Source: an uncultured delta proteobacterium (GTDB lineage: Bacteria; Myxococcota; B64-G9). Taken from it: a DNA stretch of 64,000 nt. The stretch covers positions 117,407 through 181,406 of the forward strand of contig CAVWHX010000006.1 in NCBI GenBank assembly GCA_963754925.1, in the 5' to 3' direction. Below, piece by piece: positions 1-9,628 of this stretch (position 1 is its first letter; each line of letters starts with the position of its first letter). The notes under the pieces are model-generated. The model was not told where the DNA came from, did no database searches, and saw only the letters and a list, made by a program, of their open reading frames with translations. The position numbers and the translations under genes were made by a program.

Positions 1-106
1 CCTCTACCTGCATGGTTATGCCTATCATTTTGATTTCAGGTGCAGCCACGGTGAGGACGATTTGGGCAAGAGCGCGCTCGTTCCTGAGTTCTTCGGTGGG
101 TTGCAT
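1..106 (-). CDS. 5' part of a CDS running off the window edge (MQPTEELRNER..., possibly hemerythrin-like N-terminus)
   Basis: ATG at 106 preceded by a GAAAGGAG RBS; frame open to position 1; sigma-54 motif upstream. Confidence 0.45.
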   Translation of the reverse strand, partial: MQPTEELRNERALAQIVLTVAAPEIKMIGITMQVE

Positions 107-182
107 TACAATCTCCTTTCATGTTTTTGAACGGCAATACTATTGAAAATCGGTACGACAACTTTTAATGAGAAAACGTTTC

Positions 183-198
183 TGCAATTCTCATACCA
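183..198 (-). promoter_or_regulatory. putative sigma-54 (-24/-12) promoter
   Basis: TGGTATGAGAATTGCA, GG-N10-GC spacing, upstream of the CDS starting at 106. Confidence 0.55.
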
Positions 199-291
199 TT
201 ACACCGTTGAACTTAATTTCGGGTACTGGGTCAATTAGAGGCTAACGGTTATTCTTCGAACGACAGGGCAAACTGACCAACAACCGATTTC

Positions 292-464
292 ATTGTCATA
301 TCGACCGAAGGGATGTCATAGCGAGCAAAGGGAGATATCTAATTACGATCTCATCGTTATTTAGATTTCTCGCTACCCCTAAAGGGATAAGAGACTGTAC
401 GCCTCGCTTCGCTCGCTACAGTCTCTAACGCTCGAAATGACAATTTTGCGCTCGAAATGACAAT
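292..464. repeat. REP-like imperfect palindrome (TGTCAT..CGA / TCGAAATGACA arms, duplicated) interrupted by a hairpin element
   Basis: left arms tgtcatatcgac and tgtcatagcgagc; right arm gctcgaaatgaca present twice; inner agatatct...agatttct. Confidence 0.6.
376..428. repeat. ~53-bp hairpin mini-element, copy 1
   Basis: cccctaaagggataagagactgta..tacagtctctaa; homologous to 23883-23935, 35494-35543 and, as reverse complement, 1316-1448. Confidence 0.75.
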
Positions 465-499
465 CGGGGATTTGCGGTATGGGATTAAAAGATTTATAG

Positions 500-1120
500 T
501 TATCGGCTCCCCCTCACCAGAGCGCGGGTGATATCGGCCACGTGTCGTCCCTGAGCCCGCGCGATTTCAAGTTCATTACTGCTTGGTTGCCGTGTGCCGT
601 CCGGGCCTGTCACCGTCGTGGCTCCATAGGGGCCGCCGCCGGTTATCTCCTCCATGGTCATCAGTCTCTTCTCCGAATACGGCACGCCCACGATGATCAT
701 CCCATGATGTAACAGCGTGGTATGGAAACTCGTGATGGTAGTCTCGTGTCCCCCGTGTTGGGTAGCTGTCGAGGTAAAAACGCTGCCGACTTTTCCGATT
801 AACGCCCCGGACGCCCAGAGAGATCCGGTTTGATCGAGGAGGTTACGCATCTGCGCTGCCATCATGCCGTACCGGGTCGGGGTGCCGAAGATAATGGCAT
901 CCGGTTCGGCTAATTTCTCAGGGGCGATGATCGGAATGTTAGCGAACGCTTTGCGTGTTGCTTTAGCGCCGCTTTTTTCAAGGATATTGTCAGGAACAAG
1001 CTCGGCGGTTTGGAACAATTTAACCTCAGCGCCTTCTATCTGACGAGCGCCTTCCGAAACCGCTTCCGCCAATTTAAAAATATGACCGTACATACTGTAG
1101 AAAACTATGTATATTTTCAT
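500..1120 (-). CDS. wrbA: NAD(P)H:quinone oxidoreductase WrbA
   Basis: YSMYGHI flavodoxin P-loop; [16 protein letters not shown] and GGGPYGA motifs. Confidence 0.95.
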   Translation of the reverse strand: MKIYIVFYSMYGHIFKLAEAVSEGARQIEGAEVKLFQTAELVPDNILEKSGAKATRKAFANIPIIAPEKLAEPDAIIFGTPTRYGMMAAQMRNLLDQTGSLWASGALIGKVGSVFTSTATQHGGHETTITSFHTTLLHHGMIIVGVPYSEKRLMTMEEITGGGPYGATTVTGPDGTRQPSSNELEIARAQGRHVADITRALVRGSR

Positions 1121-1157
1121 GATCTCTCCCTTGGGTTAGCGACCTCGCAGTATTTTC

Positions 1158-1174
1158 TGCAATCGCGATGCCAA
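1158..1174 (-). promoter_or_regulatory. putative sigma-54 promoter of wrbA
   Basis: TTGGCATCGCGATTGCA. Confidence 0.7.
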
Positions 1175-1315
1175 AGGGATATTTAACTGATTGTCTTTGT
1201 TTAGAATTAGTTACTTTTAGTATTTTCTCGCTCAAAGGTTACCGGTTGGGTCCTTCGAACGATTTGTATCAGCCAATATGACCTCGTTTGTTCAAAATTG
1301 ACCGTTCGTTTTGGG

Positions 1316-1448
1316 CTAGAGGTTGTTGCCGAGCGAAGCGAGGCTTACAACCTCTTGTCCCCGAAGGGGGCTGGAGCCCGTTAGCGAACGAAGTGAGCTT
1401 CCCCGAAGGGGGCTAGAGGTTGTTACCGAACGAAGAAGGTTAACAATC
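1316..1448. repeat. three tandem copies (one full, two partial) of the hairpin mini-element, reverse orientation
   Basis: units at 1316-1370, 1371-1412 and 1413-1448 share ctagag..gtt..cga(g/a)cgaag..g..tt; the first two end in ccccgaaggggg. Confidence 0.7.
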
Positions 1449-1483
1449 GTGTGTGTCCCTGCTTGGCTAACAACAAAGACTTA

Positions 1484-1499
1484 TGGCATGGATTATGCT
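1484..1499 (+). promoter_or_regulatory. putative sigma-54 promoter of the usp / site-2 protease operon
   Basis: TGGCATGGATTATGCT, GG-N10-GC. Confidence 0.6.
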
Positions 1500-1543
1500 C
1501 AACAATTAATCGGTAATGGTTCGACTGAAGAAGGAGGTCGGTC

Positions 1544-1990
1544 ATGATCCAAGCTCGTAGAATATTGGTTCCAATGGATTTTTCTGAGTACTCTGAGAAA
1601 GCTCTCAATCGCGCTGTGGAACTGGCGAAGGATTCAAACGCCAAGATTGAACTGCTGCATGTAATCAACCACGATGTGATTCAGTGTGCGGACACGTACT
1701 GCCTCGATGATGAAAAAATAAAGGAAATCAAGGATCAGATGGATGACGCCGCCCGCAAGAATCTTCGGAATAAGATCGAAAAGTTTAAAAATGTCGGCGG
1801 ACTGGAGATCGTGCCGATAGTTCGGCATGGTATTCCTTACACTGAAATACTCGCCGAGCAGAGGGAAAAGGATATCGATCTGATAGTGATGTCTCATCTG
1901 GGAAAATCAAGAGTTGAGAAGTTTTTTCTCGGTGGAGTAGCCCGAAATGTAATCAAAGGAGCTTCCTGCTCGGTGCTGTTGGTACGGTGA
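1544..1990 (+). CDS. universal stress protein (UspA family)
   Basis: RILVPMDFSEYS start, DLIVMSHLG..FFLGGVA..VI and CSVLLVR end; GGAGG RBS. Confidence 0.92.
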   Translation: MIQARRILVPMDFSEYSEKALNRAVELAKDSNAKIELLHVINHDVIQCADTYCLDDEKIKEIKDQMDDAARKNLRNKIEKFKNVGGLEIVPIVRHGIPYTEILAEQREKDIDLIVMSHLGKSRVEKFFLGGVARNVIKGASCSVLLVR

Positions 1991-2037
1991 CGGGTCGGTG
2001 GAAATGGTATCGGCAGCTCATGAGGCGATACATAAAA

Positions 2038-3175
2038 ATGTTCACGAAACGATTCACTATCTTCAAGCTTTTGGGGTTTGAAGTAAAAATCGACCCCAGT
2101 TGGTTGATTCTGGCCGTGTTGGTGACCTGGAGTTTGGCGGTGGGTTTGTTTCCCGGCATCATTCAGGGCCTGCCGCAGGAATACTATTGGTGGATGGGAA
2201 TCGCCGGAACGGTTGGGCTGCTTTTCTCCATTATCTTTCATGAACTTTCTCATTCCGTTGTGGCCAGAAGACTTGGTTTGCCGATGAAGGGAATTACCCT
2301 TTTTATATTCGGCGGGGTGGCGGAGATGGAGAAGCAACCCGAGAGTCCTCGGGTTCGAATTTTTAATGGCGATAGCGGGACCGATCTCAAGCGTGGTCCT
2401 GTCAATACTATGTTATGGGGTGTATTCCCTGGCGTCGGCAAACGATTGGCCGCCGACCGTCTTTGTTGTTTTCTATTACCTTGGGTACCTGAATCTTGTT
2501 TTGGCGGGGTTCAACATGATCCCGGCTTTTCCTCTCGACGGCGGACGGGTGCTTAGGGCCGCTTTGTGGAGATGGAAACACAATCTACGGTGGGCCACCC
2601 AGGTGGGTTCCCGTATCGGTGTGGGCTTTGGCGCCGGGTTTATCATTTTAGGAGTCGTCAATCTGCTGTGGGGCAACTTTATCGGCGGCATGTGGTGGAC
2701 TCTCATAGGATTTTTCCTGCGCAAAGCCGCGCGCACGTCGTATGAACAGCTTAGGATAAAACAAATGCTCGAAGGCGAACCTATCAGCCGTTTTATGAGC
2801 ACATCCCTGGTTACGGTACCGCCTTCCCTTACCGTGAAGAGTCTCGTCGAGGACTACATCTACAAGCATCATCACAAAATGTTTCCCGTTGTGGAAAACT
2901 CTCACCTCGTCGGGTGCGTCACCACCCGCGATATTCGAGAAACGCCCCGGGAAGAGTGGGACCGACACACCGTATCAGAGGTGGCGAACCATTGTTCCGA
3001 GGAGAATACGGCGCCGCCCACCCTGGATGCGGCGTCGGCCATGTCCATGATGGCTCGTGACGGCAAGAGCCGCCTCATGGTCGTGGAAAATGGCCGATTG
3101 GTTGGTATTGTCGCACTCAGAGACATAATGAAATTCTTGTCGATCAAGATGGACCTCGAGCATGCGGCCCACTAA
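2038..3175 (+). CDS. site-2 protease (M50, SpoIVFB-like) with C-terminal CBS pair; +1 frameshift near 2357
   Basis: HELSH in the first frame; MAIAGP, FNMIPAFPLDGG and CBS domains in the second frame; one extra base in cgggttcgaattt. Confidence 0.88.
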
Positions 3176-3586
3176 TTATGGAAATGTCGCATAATTCATT
3201 GAATCATTGAGATCCAATGGATACTCCCAGCGAGGCGTGATGGTTGCTTTGCGCGCGGCGGCCCGTGCATCATTGCGGCGACGCACATAGGAATTGATGG
3301 AATCCTCCATTGTATTGAAGGTCTCGGTCACGGCGGCGAGGATGTCAAAATATCCTTCCCGGGCCTCACGCGACGAAATAAATTGCTTCCCGGGAACCGA
3401 AACCAGGATCCGAACGCGAAAGCGCTCTCGGTTTCCCTCGTGATGATGCGGTCGGTCGATGGTGACCTTGCAATTGGTTATGAGCGGGTGGATTTCTTGT
3501 AGCTTTCGTGTTTCACGTGCAATGGCTTCGGTAAGTTCGTCAAAAGAACGTATATGACGGAACGTAGTTCTGATATTGGTTTTCAT
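3176..3586 (-). CDS. HPF/RaiA ribosome-associated protein
   Basis: TTFRHI..S...L, CKVTID.PH and F.V.I.VSVPGKQ pattern; GGAGG RBS. Confidence 0.8.
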   Translation of the reverse strand: MKTNIRTTFRHIRSFDELTEAIARETRKLQEIHPLITNCKVTIDRPHHHEGNRERFRVRILVSVPGKQFISSREAREGYFDILAAVTETFNTMEDSINSYVRRRNDARAAARKATITPRWEYPLDLNDSMNYATFP

Positions 3587-3666
3587 GTCAGATGTCCTCC
3601 CGAACCCCACTACGACTGGCTACGATGAAACATGGGGACGTGCTTTAAAAATTTCGATTGTTGTTT

Positions 3667-4038
3667 TCAAATAACCGAATCGAAAGAGGGACTGAAGGGA
3701 GGACCCTGCTTTGGGGCAACCGACGCCGTGATTATTTGTTTAACCGGCGCTCGTGTGTCGGGTGCGGTGACTTTCTCTACTGTGGGCGGAACAACTATGG
3801 AATGGGAAAAAATTGTAGCGGTTGCAACGGGATCGAAAACCTTTTCATCGGCTGTCGGGATCGTAGCATATACGCTTCCCGCATGCGAATGGGTCGTGTG
3901 CGAAGCTTTACTGAAAGCCCTAACGTGAGAATGTGCGGCCGTGCTTGAGATTAAGAGAAATGCCAGAACGCACAAGGTCGACAGATCAAAAACCCATAAA
4001 AAATACCTCGTGGAAAACTGTCGTTTGTTGATTGCCAC
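3667..4038 (-). CDS. hypothetical membrane/secreted protein
   Basis: GAGGGAG RBS, hydrophobic N-terminal segment, co-oriented with neighbours. Confidence 0.4.
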   Translation of the reverse strand: MAINKRQFSTRYFLWVFDLSTLCVLAFLLISSTAAHSHVRAFSKASHTTHSHAGSVYATIPTADEKVFDPVATATIFSHSIVVPPTVEKVTAPDTRAPVKQIITASVAPKQGPPFSPSFDSVI

Positions 4039-4184
4039 GGTACTCCCTCATTCTTTCGTTGCCGTTTCTTGAACCAAACAACTCGTGCCTTTATTCCGGA
4101 CAAAGGAACGACGAATATCATGGCGCGTTGCGCAGAATTCCAGTTTTCTATTGCCGGCGTTGAAAAAATGCTAGGGTGGATACA

Positions 4185-4547
4185 TCAAAAATGTCTTGAG
4201 TTGTATAACGGCTGAGGTCTATCAAACGGATGCTCGTGCTCGGGAGATAGCCTCCTCATAGAATTCCCCATGATGTCGAACGCCTCGCTCACCGCCGCAA
4301 GAATATCGGGATACCCTTGCTCGGCTTCACTTGAAGATATCAGTTGTTTTCCGAAAGTCGAAACCACGACCTGTACGCGAAAGTGATTCCCATTGCCGCG
4401 ATGTTGATGCGACCGATCGATGACGACTTTGCAACTGGTTATCTGCTGAAAGGTTTCGCGTAATTTTCGGGCTTCGCGCTCTATCAATTCGGAAAGCTCG
4501 TCGAAGGAACGAATATGGCGAAATGTTGTTCTCATATTGGCTACCAT
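4185..4547 (-). CDS. HPF/RaiA ribosome-associated protein, paralog 2
   Basis: clear paralog of 3176-3586 (RTTFRHIRSFDEL..DILAAV). Confidence 0.8.
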   Translation of the reverse strand: MVANMRTTFRHIRSFDELSELIEREARKLRETFQQITSCKVVIDRSHQHRGNGNHFRVQVVVSTFGKQLISSSEAEQGYPDILAAVSEAFDIMGNSMRRLSPEHEHPFDRPQPLYNSRHF

Positions 4548-4705
4548 GGTCTTTTCCCTCCAATTAAGCCTTTCCTAACAAGTCAGCATCGGTTTGTAAT
4601 CCTTGCCCCGCGGTACCCGCGGGGTGAATACACAGATCCATATTCCCCTTCCGTTGTGCCTTTTGCAGCATTCCAACAACCACAGGGTTGCTGGAAGCAC
4701 CCCTC

Positions 4706-5020
4706 CTAGGTGGACGAGGACGTTTTCAACATTTCTCTGCTCAGCTTCTCAAAGCCTTCCTTATAGCTGAGGTCGCCGTCATCACCTTTTTTGGGATGTT
4801 GCGGCCCGCACGTTTGTTGGTCGAGAAGCGCTGAGTAGTCCTTAGGTTCGACACTACACACGCAGTTGAGAGTTTTTTCGCTGCCCGTTGTCATGTTGTC
4901 GGCGGCATTTTGGGTAGCGCTTCCCAGGGAACCTATGAAAAGCAAACCGGACAGCAACGGAATTACTACTTTTGAGCCTTTGCCATTTCTTTTTTTAAAA
5001 CGAGATGTTATTGTTAACAT
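4706..5020 (-). CDS. hypothetical secreted protein
   Basis: basic then hydrophobic N-terminus; directly downstream of the DegP-like gene. Confidence 0.5.
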   Translation of the reverse strand: MLTITSRFKKRNGKGSKVVIPLLSGLLFIGSLGSATQNAADNMTTGSEKTLNCVCSVEPKDYSALLDQQTCGPQHPKKGDDGDLSYKEGFEKLSREMLKTSSST

Positions 5021-5080
5021 GGGAATTTTCCTTTCTTAATAATTGGACCAATTCTCGTCCATCGTTTCCTATTTCCCTCG

Positions 5081-6577
5081 TTACCTGTTGATGACTATGA
5101 AGAGCTGCGCGGACCCTCGCTGAATCCTCAACAGGACACTTTCGTTGTCTTTCTTCTTGGCTAATGCGTTACGAAAATCAGCCACCGTGGGGACTCGTTC
5201 GTGGTTAACCTCGAGAATGATATCTCCCGACTGAACCAGCCCCGCGGTAGGTCCCGCATCATCGACCTCTTCCACCACCAGACCCTTGAGATCCGCATCC
5301 ACCCCCAACTTTTGCGCTATGTCGGGCGTCAGCGGTACCAGCGTCAACCCCAGGAGAGACCCCTGACCTTCGCTCGTTTCATTGGTCGCCTGAGATTCTT
5401 CTTTCTCTCTCTCCCCCAGAACCACCGTGAGCTTGGAGCTCTTGCCATTGCGAATTACCTCAATTTCCGCCTTGGTCCCTGGGGCAAGCCCGGCAACCCG
5501 GGAGGTAAGATCCTTGGATTCCGCTACTTTTTCTCCGTTGAGCGCTACAATGACGTCTCCTGCCTTGATGCCGGCCTTTTCGGCCGGGCTATTTTTGAAA
5601 ACTTGGCTGACCAACGCACCGCTCTTTACCGTTACCCCGAAATTTTGAGCCAAATCTTCGCTGAGATCTTGTATGCCGACGCCCAGCCACCCGCGCACTA
5701 CTTTCCCCTTGGCCAGAAGCTGCGGCAGAATGCTCTTGACCAAATTTATCGGCACGGCGAAACCCACGCCCGATCCTCCGGCGACGATGGCGGTGTTGAT
5801 GCCCACCACATTTCCTGAAAGATCGAACAGCGGCCCTCCGGAGTTGCCCGGATTGATGGACGCATCCGTTTGCAAGAAGTCGTCGTATGGTCCTTGTCCG
5901 ATCTGGCGGTCCTTGCCGCTAATGATGCCCGTGGTGACGGTCTGCCCAAGGCCAAAGGGATTGCCGATGGCGATCACCCAGTCGCCGACCTCGATCTTGT
6001 CCGAATCCCCTAAGCTCGCGAAGGGCAGGGCACCCTTGGGGTTAACTTTAATAAGGGCGATATCTGTTTTGCTGTCGCTGCCGATGATTTTCGCATCATA
6101 GCTCTTATCATCGGAGAGCCGTATCTTGATCTCCGTGGCCCCCGAGACCACGTGATTATTGGTTAGAATGTAGCCGTCGGCGCTGATTATGAATCCGGAC
6201 CCCAAGGCGTTGCGTTTGAACTCACGCTGGGGCAGATCGAAGAATTTCCTAAACATTTTAAACGGGTCGCCTTCACCGGAGAATTTATCCGAAAAGGGAT
6301 CGTTGAATTCAAACGAAGGAGCGTTACCCGGCTTTCTTATGCGGGGTTTGATTACTTGAGTCGTAAATATATTGACCACCGATGGATTGAGTTTCTTCGC
6401 TAGACCGGCAAACGACGGAAGCGTCTGGACATTTTCGGGAGGTTGAGCAGATGACGTTGTTTGGTCGTGCCAGAACGGTTTTTCCTCAACCGCCGACCCC
6501 TTACAGCTCGAACCGAGATCGATGAGAGAGAGTGCAATAATTAAGGGTAGAAATATCAATGGTGAACGATTCGTCAT
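5081..6577 (-). CDS. degP: Do/DegP/DegQ family serine protease with two PDZ domains
   Basis: GSGFII, TNNHVV, D.ALIK, QTDASINPGNSGGPL; PDZ repeats. Confidence 0.93.
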   Translation of the reverse strand: MTNRSPLIFLPLIIALSLIDLGSSCKGSAVEEKPFWHDQTTSSAQPPENVQTLPSFAGLAKKLNPSVVNIFTTQVIKPRIRKPGNAPSFEFNDPFSDKFSGEGDPFKMFRKFFDLPQREFKRNALGSGFIISADGYILTNNHVVSGATEIKIRLSDDKSYDAKIIGSDSKTDIALIKVNPKGALPFASLGDSDKIEVGDWVIAIGNPFGLGQTVTTGIISGKDRQIGQGPYDDFLQTDASINPGNSGGPLFDLSGNVVGINTAIVAGGSGVGFAVPINLVKSILPQLLAKGKVVRGWLGVGIQDLSEDLAQNFGVTVKSGALVSQVFKNSPAEKAGIKAGDVIVALNGEKVAESKDLTSRVAGLAPGTKAEIEVIRNGKSSKLTVVLGEREKEESQATNETSEGQGSLLGLTLVPLTPDIAQKLGVDADLKGLVVEEVDDAGPTAGLVQSGDIILEVNHERVPTVADFRNALAKKKDNESVLLRIQRGSAQLFIVINR

Positions 6578-6762
6578 AGAATAACCCTTGTGCTTCTCTT
6601 TTTAAATTTACGATACGTAAATAGTAAGCGAAGCCAATAAGTGCCCAGCAAAATGATCAAGTCGTTCAAAATGGATGGGCAATGTTGAACGCCTGCTGGG
6701 ATACATTCGCGTTTTCGTAAAAGCGAATAGAAAAGCGTACTGTGAATTGAAGACAAGGTATC

Positions 6763-6966
6763 TTATACCTCCAGCGAACGGAAATTATGAATAAACTTCG
6801 CTCGGCGGCTTCTGAGAATGCGATCCACGATACTCGCGACCGAGTAGTCGTCATCGAGCGACGATACGTCCACAATGGCTGACACCAGATCGTAGAGCGA
6901 AGTTCTAAATTTCCTCGTGGGGACTGGGGATTGAAGTTTCGTGGTGATCTGTTTTGTCGGTTGCAT
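6763..6966 (-). CDS. small hypothetical protein
   Basis: AAAGGAG RBS before ATG 6966; sigma-54 motif upstream. Confidence 0.5.
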   Translation of the reverse strand: MQPTKQITTKLQSPVPTRKFRTSLYDLVSAIVDVSSLDDDYSVASIVDRILRSRRAKFIHNFRSLEV

Positions 6967-7023
6967 TGGCTTTTCTCCTTTCAGCCTTTGTTTGCCGCAC
7001 CTACGGTTATATTCGTTAGGATT

Positions 7024-7040
7024 TGCAATACTGATGCCAA
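7024..7040 (-). promoter_or_regulatory. putative sigma-54 promoter
   Basis: TTGGCATCAGTATTGCA. Confidence 0.7.
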
Positions 7041-7142
7041 AAGACGGTATTCGTTGATTATTGATCGTGGGGTAATGGTTAAAGCTCAGGGCCCCCGTCA
7101 ACGGTCCTTTATGCTCAGCAGTGAAAGAAAACTTTCAGGAGT

Positions 7143-7700
7143 TTATTGAGGTTGTCTTTTTCTTCGGTAGAAGTGCCAAAGCCATAGGATGACTCCGGCG
7201 GCGGCTATGCCTCCCATGACCTCGAGCTCGTAACGTTTGATATCGCCGAGCACGGTTTCGAGAGCGCTTCCAAAAAAATATCCTACGGCAGTAAAAATTA
7301 CCGACCATAACGCTGCGCCTAAGATATTCAGCAGCACAAATTTGCGGGTGGGGAAACTGCTCATGCCTATTACAAATGGGGTGACGGTTCTAAGCCCATA
7401 CAAGAATCTGAACAAAAGGATAATTAGTAATTGGTGGCGATCGAGTACGGCTTGAGCTCGAGCGACAGCCGGTCTCCAGGAGGGATGTTTGCTCATAATG
7501 GCGTCGCTCCGGAGACGCCCTAACAAGAAAAAAACCTGATCGCCCAACGTGGTGCCGATGAATGCCATGAGAAGAACCAATGGCCATTTCAAATACCCTC
7601 GATGGGCGGCAAAACCGCCCAAGACAAGGATTGTTTCACCCTCGATGAATGTTCCGGCGAGAATCGCCCAATAACCGAAGGTCTGAATTAATGTTTCCAA
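7143..7700 (-). CDS. DedA family membrane protein
   Basis: EGETILVLGG, GDQVFF.LGR and RFLYGLR motifs. Confidence 0.92.
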   Translation of the reverse strand: METLIQTFGYWAILAGTFIEGETILVLGGFAAHRGYLKWPLVLLMAFIGTTLGDQVFFLLGRLRSDAIMSKHPSWRPAVARAQAVLDRHQLLIILLFRFLYGLRTVTPFVIGMSSFPTRKFVLLNILGAALWSVIFTAVGYFFGSALETVLGDIKRYELEVMGGIAAAGVILWLWHFYRRKRQPQ

Positions 7701-7757
7701 TGGCGTAAGGTATGACTAGATTGAAGCGATTCAGCTTTGTTAAAGGGGGGATAACGG

Positions 7758-8153
7758 TTAAGCCAACCGGATTGCCTTGCTATTTTCCCAGAGCCCATGA
7801 ATGTTGCAGTAAGATACCGCGATCAGGGTGCCCGCTTGCGCTATCTTTACCGAGGTGTTTACCGAAGGATCAGTATAAACAGGTCCCGAGTTCGGCCCTT
7901 TGGTTGATTCTCCGTGGGCGTTAAAATTGTAGTGTCCGACCTCGTAAATGAACTTGTCTCCCTCAGGTTTGAAAAAAAGCGTGATCCGACGAATATGGTG
8001 TTCGGTGGTGTTGGGATGCGCTATTTGCTTTCCAACCGTTACATCGACTTTCAAAACCTCATTGGCTTTCACCGAGTCGTTGCACTCGATTACCGGCACG
8101 TGTTTTTCTGCCTTCCAATCCGCTGACTGAACCGATTCGCCGATTTTGGTCAT
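7758..8153 (-). CDS. superoxide reductase (neelaredoxin / class II SOR)
   Basis: EKHVP, HPNTTEHHI and YCNIHGLW iron ligands. Confidence 0.92.
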   Translation of the reverse strand: MTKIGESVQSADWKAEKHVPVIECNDSVKANEVLKVDVTVGKQIAHPNTTEHHIRRITLFFKPEGDKFIYEVGHYNFNAHGESTKGPNSGPVYTDPSVNTSVKIAQAGTLIAVSYCNIHGLWENSKAIRLA

Positions 8154-8203
8154 AGAATTCCCTCCTGCGTAATGGTTTAGATTTTTTTACCCTTACCGCG
8201 GAT

Positions 8204-8533
8204 TCAGTTAGTGCTTCGGTTAAACCCTAAAAGCTCACGCTCAGCTTCAAGCCAGTGTTCGACTTCGTGACCCAAGGGCCGCCCGCGCTCGTTCCAAATT
8301 TCATATGCCCTCTTGGAAATCTGTTCTGGTGTCGCTGATCGTGCACTGGTTGGCGCCGCTGCCCTCTTGGAAATTTGTTCTGGTTTCGCTGGTTGTGCAC
8401 TGAGTTGCGCCAATTGCCGGTTCGTTTCAAATTCTTCAGGCGCAGCCGGACGATCAAAATTAGAGAGCTCTTTGTAGCTTTTCACTTGTTTTAGGTTCTT
8501 TTTTGTTGGGGAAGATTTGTTATTCTGCTGCAT
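8204..8533 (-). CDS. DUF2934 domain protein
   Basis: I..RAYEIW..RGRP.G....HWLEAEREL; internal PEQISKRA duplication. Confidence 0.8.
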   Translation of the reverse strand: MQQNNKSSPTKKNLKQVKSYKELSNFDRPAAPEEFETNRQLAQLSAQPAKPEQISKRAAAPTSARSATPEQISKRAYEIWNERGRPLGHEVEHWLEAERELLGFNRSTN

Positions 8534-8604
8534 GACAACGTCCTTTCGTTAATTCCTTGTTCATGCCCGCCTACACAGAACTACGTATTCAATCACGCTT
8601 GGTT

Positions 8605-8621
8605 CGCAAATGGAATGCCAA
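8605..8621 (-). promoter_or_regulatory. putative sigma-54 promoter
   Basis: TTGGCATTCCATTTGCG upstream of the DUF2934 / SOR / DedA genes. Confidence 0.65.
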
Positions 8622-8901
8622 AGTTCATGTTTTCAGAAGATTGTTGATTTCATTGTAGTTGGGTTTCCCCGGTATGGGAATGCACCCGTTTTGAACGGTT
8701 CATTTTGATCTCAAGGTAGGTATTTCTGTAGCATTTTAGAACTCGAAGTCATTTGATGAAATGTTCGACCTGGATTGACAGGTTAGGTTTCGATGCGCAG
8801 GTTACAAAATGAAAGGGACGTGCACCCGGAGGTGACGCCGGGGAACACGTACGAGGCAACGAGCGCTATGGGGTACTCAATTTCCTCAGGGAGGTGTAGT
8901 T

Positions 8902-9333
8902 ATGGAACTTACCGAATGTAAAGAAAACGAAGGCGTATCAAGACAACGTCGGGACATGAGTGTCTTGGATCGCTATTACGGTTGGCCTTTTTTTGACAAT
9001 GACTGCATCAGTTTTACCCCGCCGTTGGAACTTATCGAGAACGAAGACGACTTTAGGGTGTTCGTTGAGCTGCCTGGTGTCGACGAAAAAGACGTAACGA
9101 CAACCTGGTCTAATGGGAGATTGGTTATCAAAGGTGAAAAGAAATCAATGGCGGCGCGAGAGGAAGATCTTTGCTGTTGCTCCGAGCGCAACTTCGGTAG
9201 TTTTGAGCGGGTCTTGCCGATTTCTTCCGCTATCGATTCAGATCACATGACCGCTCATTTTACCCGGGGCGTTTTGGAGGTGATCCTCCCGAAGAAAGAA
9301 GAAGCCAAACCGAAAATCGTGAAAATTGAATAG
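8902..9333 (+). CDS. Hsp20/alpha-crystallin small heat shock protein
   Basis: ELPGV...DV, L.IKGEK, ER.FGSFER, GVLEVILPK. Confidence 0.92.
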   Translation: MELTECKENEGVSRQRRDMSVLDRYYGWPFFDNDCISFTPPLELIENEDDFRVFVELPGVDEKDVTTTWSNGRLVIKGEKKSMAAREEDLCCCSERNFGSFERVLPISSAIDSDHMTAHFTRGVLEVILPKKEEAKPKIVKIE

Positions 9334-9357
9334 GCGGGTTAGGGAAATGGCGAACGC

Positions 9358-9402
9358 ATAGGGCAGGAACGGTGGAATCAGTTTTCGCCCTTCCTGCCCT
9401 AT
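9358..9402. terminator. stem-loop between convergent hsp20 and trpS
   Basis: 12-bp stem atagggcaggaa/ttcctgccctat; no clear U-tract. Confidence 0.4.
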
Positions 9403-9628
9403 CGATTTCGGAGGCGTGGTCATGGAAGAAAATAATTGCATTTACCTGGTGCGTTGCTGTGATTCACGCGAGGCACCGGCAGTTTCTTCGGACTGTGGGA
9501 TGAACGATCGGGTGGTCAAAGCGTGGCGGGGAACTACGCTGGGTAACCCGATTGGTCCGCCCTCAGAACCTGAGGTCGTCCCGGTGAAGGCATGCGAGGA
9601 GTAGGGTAGGAGGCTGCGGTTTCAAATT

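Noticed and set aside
1316..1448. possible CRISPR array
   Set aside because: Units are degenerate, abut each other with no unique spacers, belong to the dispersed hairpin family, and no cas genes are present
8671..8685. sigma-54 promoter for hsp20
   Set aside because: GG-to-GC spacing is 9 nt rather than 10
8817..8851. hairpin upstream of hsp20 as RNA thermometer or riboswitch
   Set aside because: It does not cover the RBS and matches no family I can recognise
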